From Burkholderiales bacterium (lineage in GTDB: Bacteria; Pseudomonadota; Gammaproteobacteria; Burkholderiales; SG8-39): DNA of 64,000 bases. The number at the start of each line of letters is the position of its first letter. Positions within the stretch are counted from its first letter, which is position 1. Positions 18,145 to 28,072 of this stretch are shown here, one piece after another. The DNA is taken from NCBI GenBank assembly GCA_035517095.1, contig DATIZK010000013.1, positions 44,348 through 108,347 on the forward strand. Reading direction: 5' to 3'. Below the pieces are notes generated by a model. That model saw nothing but the letters and a program-made list of their open reading frames with translations, was not told where the DNA came from and did no database searches. The position numbers were made by a program, and so were the translations under genes.

Positions 18145-19998
18145 ATGGGAGCACCCAAGGAAACGCTCGGGTTCCAGGCCGAGGTCAAGCAGCTGCTGCG
18201 GCTGATGGTGCATTCGCTCTACAGCAACAAGGAGATCTTCCTGCGCGAGCTGGTGAGCAACGCCTCGGACGCCTGCGACCGGCTGCGCTTCGAGGCGATC
18301 GCCAGGCCCGAGCTGCTCGCGGGCCGCGCCCAGCCCGCGATCCGCATCGGCTTCGATCCGGCCGCGCGCACGATCACCGTCTCCGACGACGGCATCGGCA
18401 TGTCGCGCGACGAGGCGGTCGAGCACCTCGGAACCATCGCGCGCTCGGGCACGCGCGAGTTCCTCGCCAGCCTGACGGGCGAGGCGCAAAAGGACGCGCA
18501 GCTGATCGGCCAGTTCGGGGTGGGCTTCTATTCCTCGTTCATCGTCGCCGATCGCGTCACGGTGCTCACCCGCCGCGCCGGGCTGCCGGCGACCGAGGCG
18601 GTGCGCTGGGAAAGCGACGGCGAGGGCGAGTTCAGCGTCGAGCCGGCCGAGCGCGAGGGCGCCGGCACCGACGTCACGCTGCACCTGCGCGAAGGCGAGG
18701 ACGAGCTGCTCGCGGACCGCAAGCTGCGCTCGATCGTCACCCGCTACTCGGACCACATCTCGCTGCCGATCAAAATGAAGCAGGACGGCGGCGAGTGGGA
18801 GACGGTCAACCAGGCGAGCGCGCTGTGGGCGCGGCCCAAGGGCGAGATCACGGACGAGCAGTACAAGGCGTTCTACAAGCACGTCTCGCACGACTTCGGC
18901 GATCCGCTCGCCTGGACCCACAACCGGGTCGAGGGGCGCAGCGAGTACACCCAGCTGCTGTACCTGCCCGAGCACGCGCCGTTCGACCTCTGGGACCGGC
19001 AGCAGCGCCGCGGCGTGCGGCTGTACGTGCGACGCGTGTTCATCATGGACGACGCCGAGCAGCTGCTGCCGGCGTACCTGCGCTTCGTGCGCGGCGTGAT
19101 CGACTCGGCCGACCTGCCGCTAAACGTCTCGCGCGAGATCCTGCAGCAGTCGCGCGACGTCAAATCGATCCGCGAGGGATGCACCAAGCGCGTGCTCGCG
19201 CTGCTGCAGGACCTGGCCGACAACCACAAGGACAAGTACGCCGCATTCTGGACCGAGTTCGGCCAGGTGCTGAAGGAAGGCGTGGGCGAGGACGCCGCCA
19301 ACCGCGACGCGCTGGCGAAGCTGCTGCGCTTCGCCGGCACCGCCTCCGACTCCGCCGCTCAGACCGTCTCGCTCGCCGACTACGTCGCGCGCATGAAGCC
19401 GGGCCAGGACAAGATCTATTACGTCACGGCCGACAGCTTCGAGGCGGCGCGCTCGAGCCCGCACCTGGAGATCTTCCGCAAGAAGGGCATCGAGGTGCTG
19501 CTCCTTTGCGAGCGGGTCGACGAGTGGCTGCTGGGCTTCCTCGGCGAGTACGAGGGCAAGCCGCTCGTGTCGGTGGCGCGCGGCGGGCTCGACCTCGGCA
19601 AGCTCGCCGACGCGGACGAGAACGCGGCGCAGGAAAAGACCGCCGCGGAGCACAAGGCGCTGCTGGACAAGGTCAAGGCGGCGCTGGGCGAGCGCGTGAA
19701 GGACGTGCGCGTCACGCTGCGCCTCACCGATTCGCCCTCTTGCCTGGTGGCCGACGAGCACGACCTGAGCGGCCACCTGCAGCGCCTGCTCAAGGCCGCC
19801 GGGCAGAAGGCGCCGGCGTCGCAGCCGATCCTCGAGCTGAACCCGAACCATGCGCTCGTTGCGCGCATGGCGGGCGACGATGCGCACCTCGCCGACTGGG
19901 CCAATCTGCTGTTCGATCAGGCGCTGCTGGCCGAAGGCGGCCAGCTCGACGACCCGGCCGCGTTCGTCAAGCGCGTCAACCGGCTGCTGCTCGAGTAG
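18145..19998 (+). CDS. htpG: molecular chaperone HtpG (Hsp90)
   Basis: [46 protein letters not shown] and [11 protein letters not shown] motifs. 617 aa, with an AGGAGG RBS. Confidence 0.97.
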   Translation: MGAPKETLGFQAEVKQLLRLMVHSLYSNKEIFLRELVSNASDACDRLRFEAIARPELLAGRAQPAIRIGFDPAARTITVSDDGIGMSRDEAVEHLGTIARSGTREFLASLTGEAQKDAQLIGQFGVGFYSSFIVADRVTVLTRRAGLPATEAVRWESDGEGEFSVEPAEREGAGTDVTLHLREGEDELLADRKLRSIVTRYSDHISLPIKMKQDGGEWETVNQASALWARPKGEITDEQYKAFYKHVSHDFGDPLAWTHNRVEGRSEYTQLLYLPEHAPFDLWDRQQRRGVRLYVRRVFIMDDAEQLLPAYLRFVRGVIDSADLPLNVSREILQQSRDVKSIREGCTKRVLALLQDLADNHKDKYAAFWTEFGQVLKEGVGEDAANRDALAKLLRFAGTASDSAAQTVSLADYVARMKPGQDKIYYVTADSFEAARSSPHLEIFRKKGIEVLLLCERVDEWLLGFLGEYEGKPLVSVARGGLDLGKLADADENAAQEKTAAEHKALLDKVKAALGERVKDVRVTLRLTDSPSCLVADEHDLSGHLQRLLKAAGQKAPASQPILELNPNHALVARMAGDDAHLADWANLLFDQALLAEGGQLDDPAAFVKRVNRLLLE

Positions 19999-21642
19999 TC
20001 AGGCCTCGAAGCGGTCGAGGACTTCGCCCGGGCCGGCCTTGAGCCGCAGGTAGTCGCGTCCGTCGAACACCTGCTGGCCGTTGACCCACACCCCGGCGAC
20101 CCCCTTCGGGCGGCGGATGACGCGCGTGCCGCCGCCCGGCAGGTCGGCCACGCGCTCGAGCGCGGACACGCCCACCGCGAGCGGGTCGAACAGCAGCAGG
20201 TCGGCGCCGAACCCGGGCTTGATGCGCCCGCGCCCGGCGATGCGGTATCGCATCGCGGGGTCGCTGGTCAGGCGCCGCACGCCCTCCTCCAGGGTGAAGG
20301 TCCCGGTGTCGCGCACCCAGTGGGCGAGAAAGTGCAGGCCGAAGCCCGCGTCGCAAAGGAATATGAGGTGCGCGCCGGCGTCCGAGAGCGCGACCACCCC
20401 GGCCGGGTGGCGCAGCAGCGGCGCCACGCCAGCGTCGTCGTTCTGGAACAGCTTGGCCACCAGCGGCGTGTCGAGCGCCAGGTCGAACAAGAAATCGACC
20501 GGGTCCGCGTTCGCCTCGTGCGCGAGTTGGGTCAGCGGGATTCCCCCGACCTCGACCTTGGACCAGTCGCCGTAGAACAGGATGCCCTGGCCCGGGTGCG
20601 CGAGGTTGTGCCTGAAGCGCGCGCGGAACGCCGGGTCGGCGTAGATGCGCGGCAGCTCTTGCGGGCGCGCCTGCCGGGCGCGCTCGAACGCGTCGTGCGA
20701 GTACAGAGGATAGGGATCCTTGAGCGTGAAGTCGAACGACAGCGGCTGGCAGCTGGTGTGGATGTAGACCTCGTGCCCGCGCTCGATCGCCGCGGCGCAT
20801 TTCTCGTAGTAGCTCAGCGCGCGGTCCGGGTCGGCGTGATTGTGCATCGTCAGCACCGTGACCATGAACGCCGGGCGGCCGGTGCCGGCCGCGATCGCCT
20901 CCATGTACTCGGGCGTGGCGCGCGAGCCGGTCGCCATGACGAGCACGCCGCGCTGCGCCTCGCCCAGCGCGCCGGCGAGCGCCATGAGCTCGTCGTCGGT
21001 GGCGATGGTCGAGGGCATCGGCCGCCCGCCCCAGCCGCTGTGGTTGGGCGAGAACGACGAGGCGAAGCCGATCGCGCCGGCATCGAGCGCTTCGCGCACC
21101 AGCGCGCGCATGAGTGCGATCTCGTCGGCGCGCGCCGCGGAGCGGGTCGAGGCCTCCTCGCCCATGACCGCGGTGCGGATGCTCGAGTGCTGCGCCAGCA
21201 CCGCGACGTTGGCGTAGGGCCGCGCGCGGCGCAGCTGCGCCAGGTACTCGGCGAAGGTCTCGAACTCCCAGCGCGTGCCCGCCATCAGCGCGCCCAGGTC
21301 CATGCCCTCGACCACCGAGAGATTGCGCAGCATCGTCTCGCGCATCGGCGCCGGGCAGGGCGCGATGCCGAAGCCGCAGTTGCCCAGCACCGCGGTGGTC
21401 ACCCCGAGCGCGGTCGAAGGCGACAGCGTCGGGTCCCAGGTCGCCTGCACGTCGTAGTGCGTGTGCAGGTCGACGATGCCTGGCATCAGCGCCAGGCCGT
21501 CGGCGTCTATGCTGCGCCGCGCGCCGTCCTTCACCCGTCCGACCGCGGCGATGCGCCCGCCCGCGACCGCGACGTCGGCGCGCTGCGCTGGCGCGCCGCT
21601 GCCGTCGTAGACCGTGGCGCCGCGGATCAGCAGATCGTGCAT
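19999..21642 (-). CDS. N-acyl-D-amino-acid deacylase family amidohydrolase
   Basis: MHDLLIRGATVYDGSG...GIVDLHTHYD...LGNCGFG are the typical D-aminoacylase metal-binding and N-terminal motifs. Confidence 0.88.
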   Translation of the reverse strand: MHDLLIRGATVYDGSGAPAQRADVAVAGGRIAAVGRVKDGARRSIDADGLALMPGIVDLHTHYDVQATWDPTLSPSTALGVTTAVLGNCGFGIAPCPAPMRETMLRNLSVVEGMDLGALMAGTRWEFETFAEYLAQLRRARPYANVAVLAQHSSIRTAVMGEEASTRSAARADEIALMRALVREALDAGAIGFASSFSPNHSGWGGRPMPSTIATDDELMALAGALGEAQRGVLVMATGSRATPEYMEAIAAGTGRPAFMVTVLTMHNHADPDRALSYYEKCAAAIERGHEVYIHTSCQPLSFDFTLKDPYPLYSHDAFERARQARPQELPRIYADPAFRARFRHNLAHPGQGILFYGDWSKVEVGGIPLTQLAHEANADPVDFLFDLALDTPLVAKLFQNDDAGVAPLLRHPAGVVALSDAGAHLIFLCDAGFGLHFLAHWVRDTGTFTLEEGVRRLTSDPAMRYRIAGRGRIKPGFGADLLLFDPLAVGVSALERVADLPGGGTRVIRRPKGVAGVWVNGQQVFDGRDYLRLKAGPGEVLDRFEA

Positions 21643-21646
21643 CGCC

Positions 21647-22336
21647 TCAGTCTCCGGTGGGGGAGATGCGGAACTCGAGCACCCCCTGGGTTGTCATCAG
21701 CGCCTCCGACAGGCGGCGCAGATTGTCGGGGTCGAGGGTGCGGATCATCATGCGGTACTCGAAGTGCCGCCCGTCGTCGCTCAGGCGGTAGCTCAGGTTG
21801 GCGATGGTAAAGCCGAAGCCGCTCACCAGCGCGCGCAGCTCGCCCGCCGACATCGGCGCCTCGCGCGCGAAGCGCAGCGTGAAGTGCGCGTAGGACTGGG
21901 CCGGCATGCGGCTCTCGAGCCAGCGGAACGCCGACAGCGTGCCTAGCGTCATGGCCGCCGCCAGCGCGGCCGGATAGTAGAAGCCGATCCCCACCAGCGT
22001 CCCGATCGCCGCGGTGACCCAGATCGACGCGGCGGTGGTCAGCCCGCGCACCGACAGGCCCTCCTTCATGATCACCCCGGCGCCGAGGAAGCCGATCCCG
22101 GTCATGATCCCCTGCGCCATGCGGGTCGGATCGATCGATGCGCGCCCGCTCGCGTGCGGCCCGAACCACTGGCCCTCGTAGACCGTGACCAGCATCAGCA
22201 GCGCGGAGCCCAGGCACACGAGCGCGTGGGTGCGGAATCCCGCCGGTCGGCCATGGTAGCTGCGCTCGAGCCCCACCAGCCCGCCGAACACGAGCGCCAC
22301 GACGAGGCGGAAAGTGATCTCCGGATAGTCGCCCAT
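21647..22336 (-). CDS. MgtC/SapB family membrane protein
   Basis: RLVVALVFGGLVGLERSYHGRPAGFRTHALVCLGSAL is the MgtC signature. There are 5 TM helices plus a C-terminal soluble domain. Confidence 0.88.
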   Translation of the reverse strand: MGDYPEITFRLVVALVFGGLVGLERSYHGRPAGFRTHALVCLGSALLMLVTVYEGQWFGPHASGRASIDPTRMAQGIMTGIGFLGAGVIMKEGLSVRGLTTAASIWVTAAIGTLVGIGFYYPAALAAAMTLGTLSAFRWLESRMPAQSYAHFTLRFAREAPMSAGELRALVSGFGFTIANLSYRLSDDGRHFEYRMMIRTLDPDNLRRLSEALMTTQGVLEFRISPTGD

Positions 22337-22374
22337 GCGGCCAAGTGTACGCTCGGCCGCGGCGCGGGCGCGGC

Positions 22375-23259
22375 CTAAGCGGCGCTGCGCTCCTCGCCCG
22401 GGTGGCCGTGGATCGGCCAGCTGGGGTTGCGCAGGTTAAAGCGCGGGCGCGCGCCCTGGACGTCCTTGCGCGCCGCGATCAGCGCCGCCAGCGTGCCGAC
22501 GTCGCGCCAGTAGGCTGGCTCCTCGTAGGGGCGCACTCCCGGCAGCACGTTCTCGGCCAGATCGTAGGCGAACACGCGGTAGCGTCGCGCCAGCTGCGGC
22601 AGCACGTCGTGGCCGAAGTCGTTTCCGCCGCGCTGCGTCATGTCGCGCAGCGCCTGCGCCAGCACGGCGGGATCGAACAGGTAGTTGCCCATCGAGGCGT
22701 AGGCGCGGTGCGGATCGCCCGGCAGCGGCCGCGGCCGCTGCGGCTTTTCCTGGAACTCGCGCACCCGGCCGTCCGGCCCCGCGGCGATCAACCCGAAAGC
22801 CTGCGCGCTCTCGATCGGCACCGCGACCGCCGCGACGCTCGCCTGCGCGCCGCGCGCGCGGTGAAAGGCGGCCATCTGGCGCAGGTCCATGCGATAGACA
22901 TGGTCGGCGGCGAACACCGCCACCAGGCCCGGCCGCGCGCGCTCGACCACGTCCATGTTCTGCAGCACCGCGCTGGCGGTGCCGCTGTAGCCGCCCCCGT
23001 CGCCCGAGCGCGGCAGCAGCACGCTGACCCGCGGCCCCCAGACGGCCGCGACGTGCCTCGCGATCGTGTCCGGCTTGTACTGCGCCAGGACGTGGATCGC
23101 CTCGACGCCCGAATTGACCAGGTTGCTGAGGACGAAATCGATCAGCCGGTAGCCGCCGGCGAAGCCCAGCGCGGGCTTGGCGCGCTCGCGGGTCAGCGGT
23201 TGCAGTCGGGTACCCTCCCCGCCCGCCAGGACAAAGGCTAGGATCTGGCCGCCGACCAT
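22375..23259 (-). CDS. glucose-1-phosphate adenylyltransferase-like nucleotidyltransferase, lacking the C-terminal beta-helix domain
   Basis: LAGGEGTRLQPLTRERAKPAL and GTASAV...EKP are GlgC catalytic-domain motifs. The protein ends at ...FNLRNPSWPIHGH, where the LbH domain of full-length GlgC (~420 aa) would begin. Confidence 0.75.
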   Translation of the reverse strand: MVGGQILAFVLAGGEGTRLQPLTRERAKPALGFAGGYRLIDFVLSNLVNSGVEAIHVLAQYKPDTIARHVAAVWGPRVSVLLPRSGDGGGYSGTASAVLQNMDVVERARPGLVAVFAADHVYRMDLRQMAAFHRARGAQASVAAVAVPIESAQAFGLIAAGPDGRVREFQEKPQRPRPLPGDPHRAYASMGNYLFDPAVLAQALRDMTQRGGNDFGHDVLPQLARRYRVFAYDLAENVLPGVRPYEEPAYWRDVGTLAALIAARKDVQGARPRFNLRNPSWPIHGHPGEERSAA

Positions 23260-23335
23260 GGCTTGCGCTCCTCTCCCCCCCCGCATCGAAATGGTAGAGC
23301 AATAATGCCCCGCCAGGTGTAAATACCATTGATCG

Positions 23336-24253
23336 ATGTCAACATCATCTCCCCGGGACAATCCAGCGCACAGGCCGATGGCGGAAATCGGGAACGAGCG
23401 GCTGCGCCTCGTGCTGGACCACGTTCCAGCGCTGATCGCTTACGTTGACGCAAGCGAAACCTACCAGTTCGCCAACCGGGCCTACGAAACGCTGTTCGGC
23501 CTCGCGCCCGAGCAGATGATCGGCCGTACCATGCGCGAAGTGCTGGGCGAGAAGTACCCCGAGGCCAAGCCCCACATCGACGCCGCGCTCGCCGGGCGCA
23601 GGACCATGCACGACCGGATGGTGACCGCGAACCGGCGCAGCCACTACCTGCACAACGTGTACGTGCCGCACCTGGGCGACGACGGCAGGGTCGCCGGGCT
23701 GTTCATCCTCGCGATCGACGTCTCGGACCGCAAGGCGCTGGAGCAGGACCTCGCGCACAAGGCGCACCACGATCCGCTCACCGGGCTGCCGAACCGCGCC
23801 TTGTTCGAGGATTGCCTGCAGCAGGCGCTGGAGCGCGCCGCGCGCGCCGCCAGCGGGGTGGCGCTGATGTTCCTCGACATCGACAACTTCAAGCGCATCA
23901 ACGACACTCTCGGGCACCCGGCCGGCGACGAGGTGCTGAAGACTTTCGCCGCGCGCATCAAGAAGTGCGTGCGCTCGACCGACGTGGTGAGCCGCTTGAG
24001 CGGCGACGAATTCGTCGTGCTGCTGGAGAACGTGGCGGACGCCGAAACGGCAATGAGCGTGGCGCGCAAACTGGTGGCGGCAATGCGGGAAGAAATCATG
24101 CTGGGCCGCGACACCGTGACGGCCACCACGAGCGTCGGCGTCGCGCACTCCGGGGGCCGGGCCGCGATCGGCGCGCGCGAGCTGATCGCGCGCGCCGACG
24201 CCGCCATGTACCAGGCCAAGGCCGCCGGCCGCAACCGCTTCCACCTCGCCTGA
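23336..24253 (+). CDS. PAS-domain diguanylate cyclase (GGDEF family, SGDEF variant)
   Basis: A PAS region is followed by HDPLTGLPNR...FLDIDNFKRINDTLGHPAGD...RSTDVVSRLSGDEF...MYQAKAAGRNR. An alternative start is ATG 23378. Confidence 0.88.
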   Translation: MSTSSPRDNPAHRPMAEIGNERLRLVLDHVPALIAYVDASETYQFANRAYETLFGLAPEQMIGRTMREVLGEKYPEAKPHIDAALAGRRTMHDRMVTANRRSHYLHNVYVPHLGDDGRVAGLFILAIDVSDRKALEQDLAHKAHHDPLTGLPNRALFEDCLQQALERAARAASGVALMFLDIDNFKRINDTLGHPAGDEVLKTFAARIKKCVRSTDVVSRLSGDEFVVLLENVADAETAMSVARKLVAAMREEIMLGRDTVTATTSVGVAHSGGRAAIGARELIARADAAMYQAKAAGRNRFHLA

Positions 24254-24269
24254 GCCGCCGCGATCGCGC

Positions 24270-25682
24270 CTAGAGCTGGAAGCCCAGCCAGAGCAGCAGC
24301 CCCTCGGCCACGTCGCGCACCAGGCCGGGCGCGCGCGGCCGGTACGCACCGCTGGCGTCGCGCTGGCGCGCGATCCAGTGCGCGAAGCGCTCGATCTCGG
24401 CTCGCTCGTAGAACGCGACCATCAGCTCGTAGTTGAGGAACAGGCTGCGCTCGTCCAGGTTGGCCGATCCGACCAGCGCCAGGTCGTCGTCGATCACCAC
24501 GGCCTTGGCGTGGATCATGCGGGGCAGAAACCAGACCCGCGCCCCGGCGGCCGCGAGCTCGCGCAGCGCGCGATGGCGCGCCATGTCCGCCAGCTTGTGG
24601 TTCGATTTGGCCGGCATCACCAGATCGACCGCGACGCCGCGCCGCGCCGCCAGCGCGAGCGACATCAGCAGGGTCGAGTTGGGCACGAAGTACGGCGTGA
24701 CCGCCAGGACGCGCCGGCGCGCGGCGAAAAAGCCCGAGACGAGGAAGGTGTAGAGCGTGTCGTCGGCCTGGTCCGGGCCGCTCGCGATCAGCTGTCCCCT
24801 CGGCGCAGGCGGCTCGGCCTGCTGCGCGGGCGCCGCCTCGGGGCCGGGCTGCTCGACGGCGAATGCCCAATCCTGCGCGAACTGCTGCTGCGCCTGCGCG
24901 GCCAGCGGCCCGCGCAGGTCGATGCTGAGATCGATCCAAGGCTTCGCCCCGTGCGCGCTCGCCGGGCCGGCGTCGAAATATTCCTGCGCCAGGTTCCTGC
25001 CGCCGCACCATAGCCACTCGCCGTCGGCGATCGCCATCTTGCGGTGAATGCGCAGGTTGGTGCGGCCGTGCAGCGGCGAGCGCAGCGGCGGCACGAACAG
25101 CGCGGTCTGCACCCCCGCCTCCTGCAGGCGCCCGAAATGCGGCAGGCCCGGAAGGTAGGCCCCGATACCGTCCACCAGCAGCCTCACCCGCACGCCGGCG
25201 CGCGCGCGACGCTCCAGGCGCCCGGTGATCTCCCTGCCGATCGCGTCCTTGCCGATGAGGAAGGTGCAGATCTCGAGCGTTTGCGCCGCGCCTTCGATCA
25301 GGTCGCGCAGCGCCTGCAGCGCCTGCGCGCCGTCCTGGTGGATGTTGAGCTGCCGGTAGGTCGCGGCGCTCGGCAGCGACATCGCCGCGGCGAGCTTGCG
25401 CAGGTGCACCTCGGCCGACTCGGGGTGGCCGGGAATGCGCGCCGGGTGCGGCGGCGGCCCGGCGGGCTGGCGCGGGTCGACGAGCTTGCGCGTGCCGAAC
25501 ATCATGTACAGCGGCAGCGCGACGTAGGGCAGCAGCAGCAGCGCGATGACCCAGGCGATCGCGGCCGTCGGGCGCCGGCGCTGGCGCAGCGTACGCGAGC
25601 CCACGACGTAGATCGTCAGGCCGAGCACGACCAGCGCGCCGTGCAGCGTCAGCCAGTGGCGCTCGAGCAGCTCTGTCAGCAT
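24270..25682 (-). CDS. cls: cardiolipin synthase (phospholipase D superfamily, two HKD motifs)
   Basis: Two N-terminal TM helices are present. The HKD motifs are IHRKMAIADGEWLWCGGRNL and IHAKAVVIDDDLALVGSANLD. Confidence 0.88.
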   Translation of the reverse strand: MLTELLERHWLTLHGALVVLGLTIYVVGSRTLRQRRRPTAAIAWVIALLLLPYVALPLYMMFGTRKLVDPRQPAGPPPHPARIPGHPESAEVHLRKLAAAMSLPSAATYRQLNIHQDGAQALQALRDLIEGAAQTLEICTFLIGKDAIGREITGRLERRARAGVRVRLLVDGIGAYLPGLPHFGRLQEAGVQTALFVPPLRSPLHGRTNLRIHRKMAIADGEWLWCGGRNLAQEYFDAGPASAHGAKPWIDLSIDLRGPLAAQAQQQFAQDWAFAVEQPGPEAAPAQQAEPPAPRGQLIASGPDQADDTLYTFLVSGFFAARRRVLAVTPYFVPNSTLLMSLALAARRGVAVDLVMPAKSNHKLADMARHRALRELAAAGARVWFLPRMIHAKAVVIDDDLALVGSANLDERSLFLNYELMVAFYERAEIERFAHWIARQRDASGAYRPRAPGLVRDVAEGLLLWLGFQL

Positions 25683-25748
25683 GACGGTTCGCAAGGCCTC
25701 GGAATTCGTGCGTGATGATAGTCTAGTGGCGATTCGTTTCCTCGTTCG

Positions 25749-26897
25749 ATGACGCTCAAGCAACGCTTTGTCGCGCTCTGGCCGCAGGGACCGCTGTCCC
25801 TGGTGCTGGTTTTGGTCGGCATCCTCAGCGTTCTGGAGGGATCGCGCTACCCGTTAACGACTCTCGATCACTCGCGCGCGCTCACCGGCCTGGCCGACTC
25901 GCTCTCGGCGCTGGGCCACGGCGCGCAAATCATCCTCGGACTCATGCTCGTGCTCGGCGGCATCGGCCTGCTGTGGCGGCTGGTCTCCGCCTGGACGCTG
26001 TCGCTCCTGCTGCTCGTCATCATGGTCGCGGTCAATCTTGCCCAGCAGCACTGGGGCCTCAGTCTCGCGCTGCAGGCGCTTCTGATGGGCGTATTGCTGC
26101 GCACCAGGCATCATTTCACCCGCCGGACGGTTCTGGCGCGACTTCTGTTCTCCTTCAGCGGCGTGCTGGCGGTCCTCGCTTACGGCGCGATCGGGGGCTA
26201 CCTCTTGGGCAAGGGTTTTCGCCCCGCGATTCTCGACTTCGACACGGCGTTGTATTTCACCGTGGTCACCCTCTCCACCGTGGGTTACGGTGATATCGTT
26301 CCGGTCACGCCCGAGGCCCGCTGGTTCGTGATGTCGCTGCTGGTGATCGGGCTGGGCGTGTTCGCCAGTGCCATCGCCTCTGCGCTCGGACCCAAGATTT
26401 CCGGGGAGCTGAACCGGCTGTTCAACCCGAAAGAAAGAACCATGGAACCCGAAGATCACGTCATTCTCGTCGGCGAAGGCTCGATCGCGCTCAACACGGC
26501 GACCGAGCTCGAGCAGCGCGGCGTGGCCTATGTCCGGATCGTGGCCGCCAGGGGCGAAGCGCATCAGCCCGGCGACAGAGTCCTGGAAGGCGACGCGACC
26601 AATGAGGCCGTGCTGCGGCAAGCGGGGATCCAGCGCGCGCGCATGCTGATCGCCGCGCGCGAGGATGACGGCGAGAACGCCTTCATCGTGCTAAGCGCCA
26701 AGGACCTGAACCCGAAAGTGCAGGTGCTCGCCGTGGCGAGCTCGCCGCGTTCGATTCGACGCTTGCAGCTGGCGCGGGCCGACCTGGTGTTCTCACCTGC
26801 GGCGGTCGGCAGCCGGCTGCTGGCGGACCTGGTGCAGGGAAGCCAGATCCTGCCGCAGTTCCGGGATCTGCTCGAAGGTCGTCCGAACAATACTTGA
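25749..26897 (+). CDS. potassium channel protein with C-terminal RCK/TrkA-N domain
   Basis: Selectivity filter TLSTVGYGD and a Rossmann-like HVILVGEGSIALNTATEL segment. There are about 6 TM helices. Confidence 0.88.
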   Translation: MTLKQRFVALWPQGPLSLVLVLVGILSVLEGSRYPLTTLDHSRALTGLADSLSALGHGAQIILGLMLVLGGIGLLWRLVSAWTLSLLLLVIMVAVNLAQQHWGLSLALQALLMGVLLRTRHHFTRRTVLARLLFSFSGVLAVLAYGAIGGYLLGKGFRPAILDFDTALYFTVVTLSTVGYGDIVPVTPEARWFVMSLLVIGLGVFASAIASALGPKISGELNRLFNPKERTMEPEDHVILVGEGSIALNTATELEQRGVAYVRIVAARGEAHQPGDRVLEGDATNEAVLRQAGIQRARMLIAAREDDGENAFIVLSAKDLNPKVQVLAVASSPRSIRRLQLARADLVFSPAAVGSRLLADLVQGSQILPQFRDLLEGRPNNT

Positions 26898-26902
26898 ATT
26901 GC

Positions 26903-27943
26903 TCAGCGCGTGGCGCGCGCGTCGATCAGCTCGCGCAGCGCCGCGGGCAGCATCGCACGCAGCCGCTGCGACCATTCGCGCTCGCGCCGCTGCCACACCA
27001 CCCCGAGCCAGATGATCGCCAGGCCGATCAGGGTAAGCGCGCACGGGAACACCAGACTGTCGCGGAACACGCGCCACGAAAGGTAGCCGAGGTAGCCGGC
27101 GACGCCCATCCCGCCGAACACCGCGAACACGCGCCGCCCGAGCAGGGCGCCGACGAGAATCATCACCAGGTTTATGCCGCAGTAGGCGAGCTTGCCGAGC
27201 TCGCTGCCCGAATTGATGAGCGACAACCCGCCCCAGAAGGTCAACACGCCGAACAGGTAGAGCCAGAACGCGTAATCGCGCGAGAAGCGCGAGCGGATGT
27301 CGACCCAGAATGCGAGCAGCACCGTGGCGAGGCCGAAGTAGAGCGAGATGAACTTGCGGATCTCGAAGTCGTACCGCCCGGCGCCGAACAGCAACGGCAC
27401 CAGGTCCATGCTCATGTACCACAGCGTGAGCGCGATCGGCATCAGCATGAACGGGAAGCGGTAGCGCCACAGCAGCGCCGCGCCGGCCGCGAGCGTGCCG
27501 AGCTCGATCATCAGCCAGCGCCCGTCGATGAACAGGTGGTAGTCGCGGTAGGCCTTGGCCGCGTCCCAGTAGCCGAGCGCGGCCTGGGCCGAGAAGATCG
27601 CCAGCGGCACCATCACCACCGCCAGCGTGGCCATGATGCCGGCCGGTATCCACAACTGCCGGCGCTCGAGGAACCAGTGCGTGAGCGCGAGGAACAGCGC
27701 GAGGTAGCACAACGCGGTGGCGAACCCGCCCCAGCCGCCGAGCGAGTTCCAGCCCAGCGTCATGAACAGCGACATGGCGCCGATCGCGATCATGCCGCCC
27801 AGGTAGTACAGCACGTGAACCAGCGTGAAGCGCGGCCGCTCCTGCTCCTGGGCGAAGAACTGCAGCAGGCGCGCGGCCTGGCCGGCGTCGATGATCCCTG
27901 CCTGCACCGCCTCGCCCAGGCGCTTGCGGTCGTTGGCGTCCAT
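26903..27943 (-). CDS. multi-pass membrane protein (DUF2157-like)
   Basis: Short soluble N-terminus (MDANDRKRLGEAVQAGIIDAGQAARLLQFF) followed by about 9 TM helices. ATG 27943 is in frame with ORF 26903..28630. Confidence 0.7.
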   Translation of the reverse strand: MDANDRKRLGEAVQAGIIDAGQAARLLQFFAQEQERPRFTLVHVLYYLGGMIAIGAMSLFMTLGWNSLGGWGGFATALCYLALFLALTHWFLERRQLWIPAGIMATLAVVMVPLAIFSAQAALGYWDAAKAYRDYHLFIDGRWLMIELGTLAAGAALLWRYRFPFMLMPIALTLWYMSMDLVPLLFGAGRYDFEIRKFISLYFGLATVLLAFWVDIRSRFSRDYAFWLYLFGVLTFWGGLSLINSGSELGKLAYCGINLVMILVGALLGRRVFAVFGGMGVAGYLGYLSWRVFRDSLVFPCALTLIGLAIIWLGVVWQRREREWSQRLRAMLPAALRELIDARATR

Positions 27944-28072
27944 GCCCGGATCATACCGTCCGGCCGCGCCGGGCGCAGTTCGTGCTCCGCCTCGCGCAGC
28001 CCGTCGCACTCCGCTGGCGGGCGCGGCGCGCGCCCCGCAGACTGGCGCCTTAAGGGACAATCCGCTTTCGCC

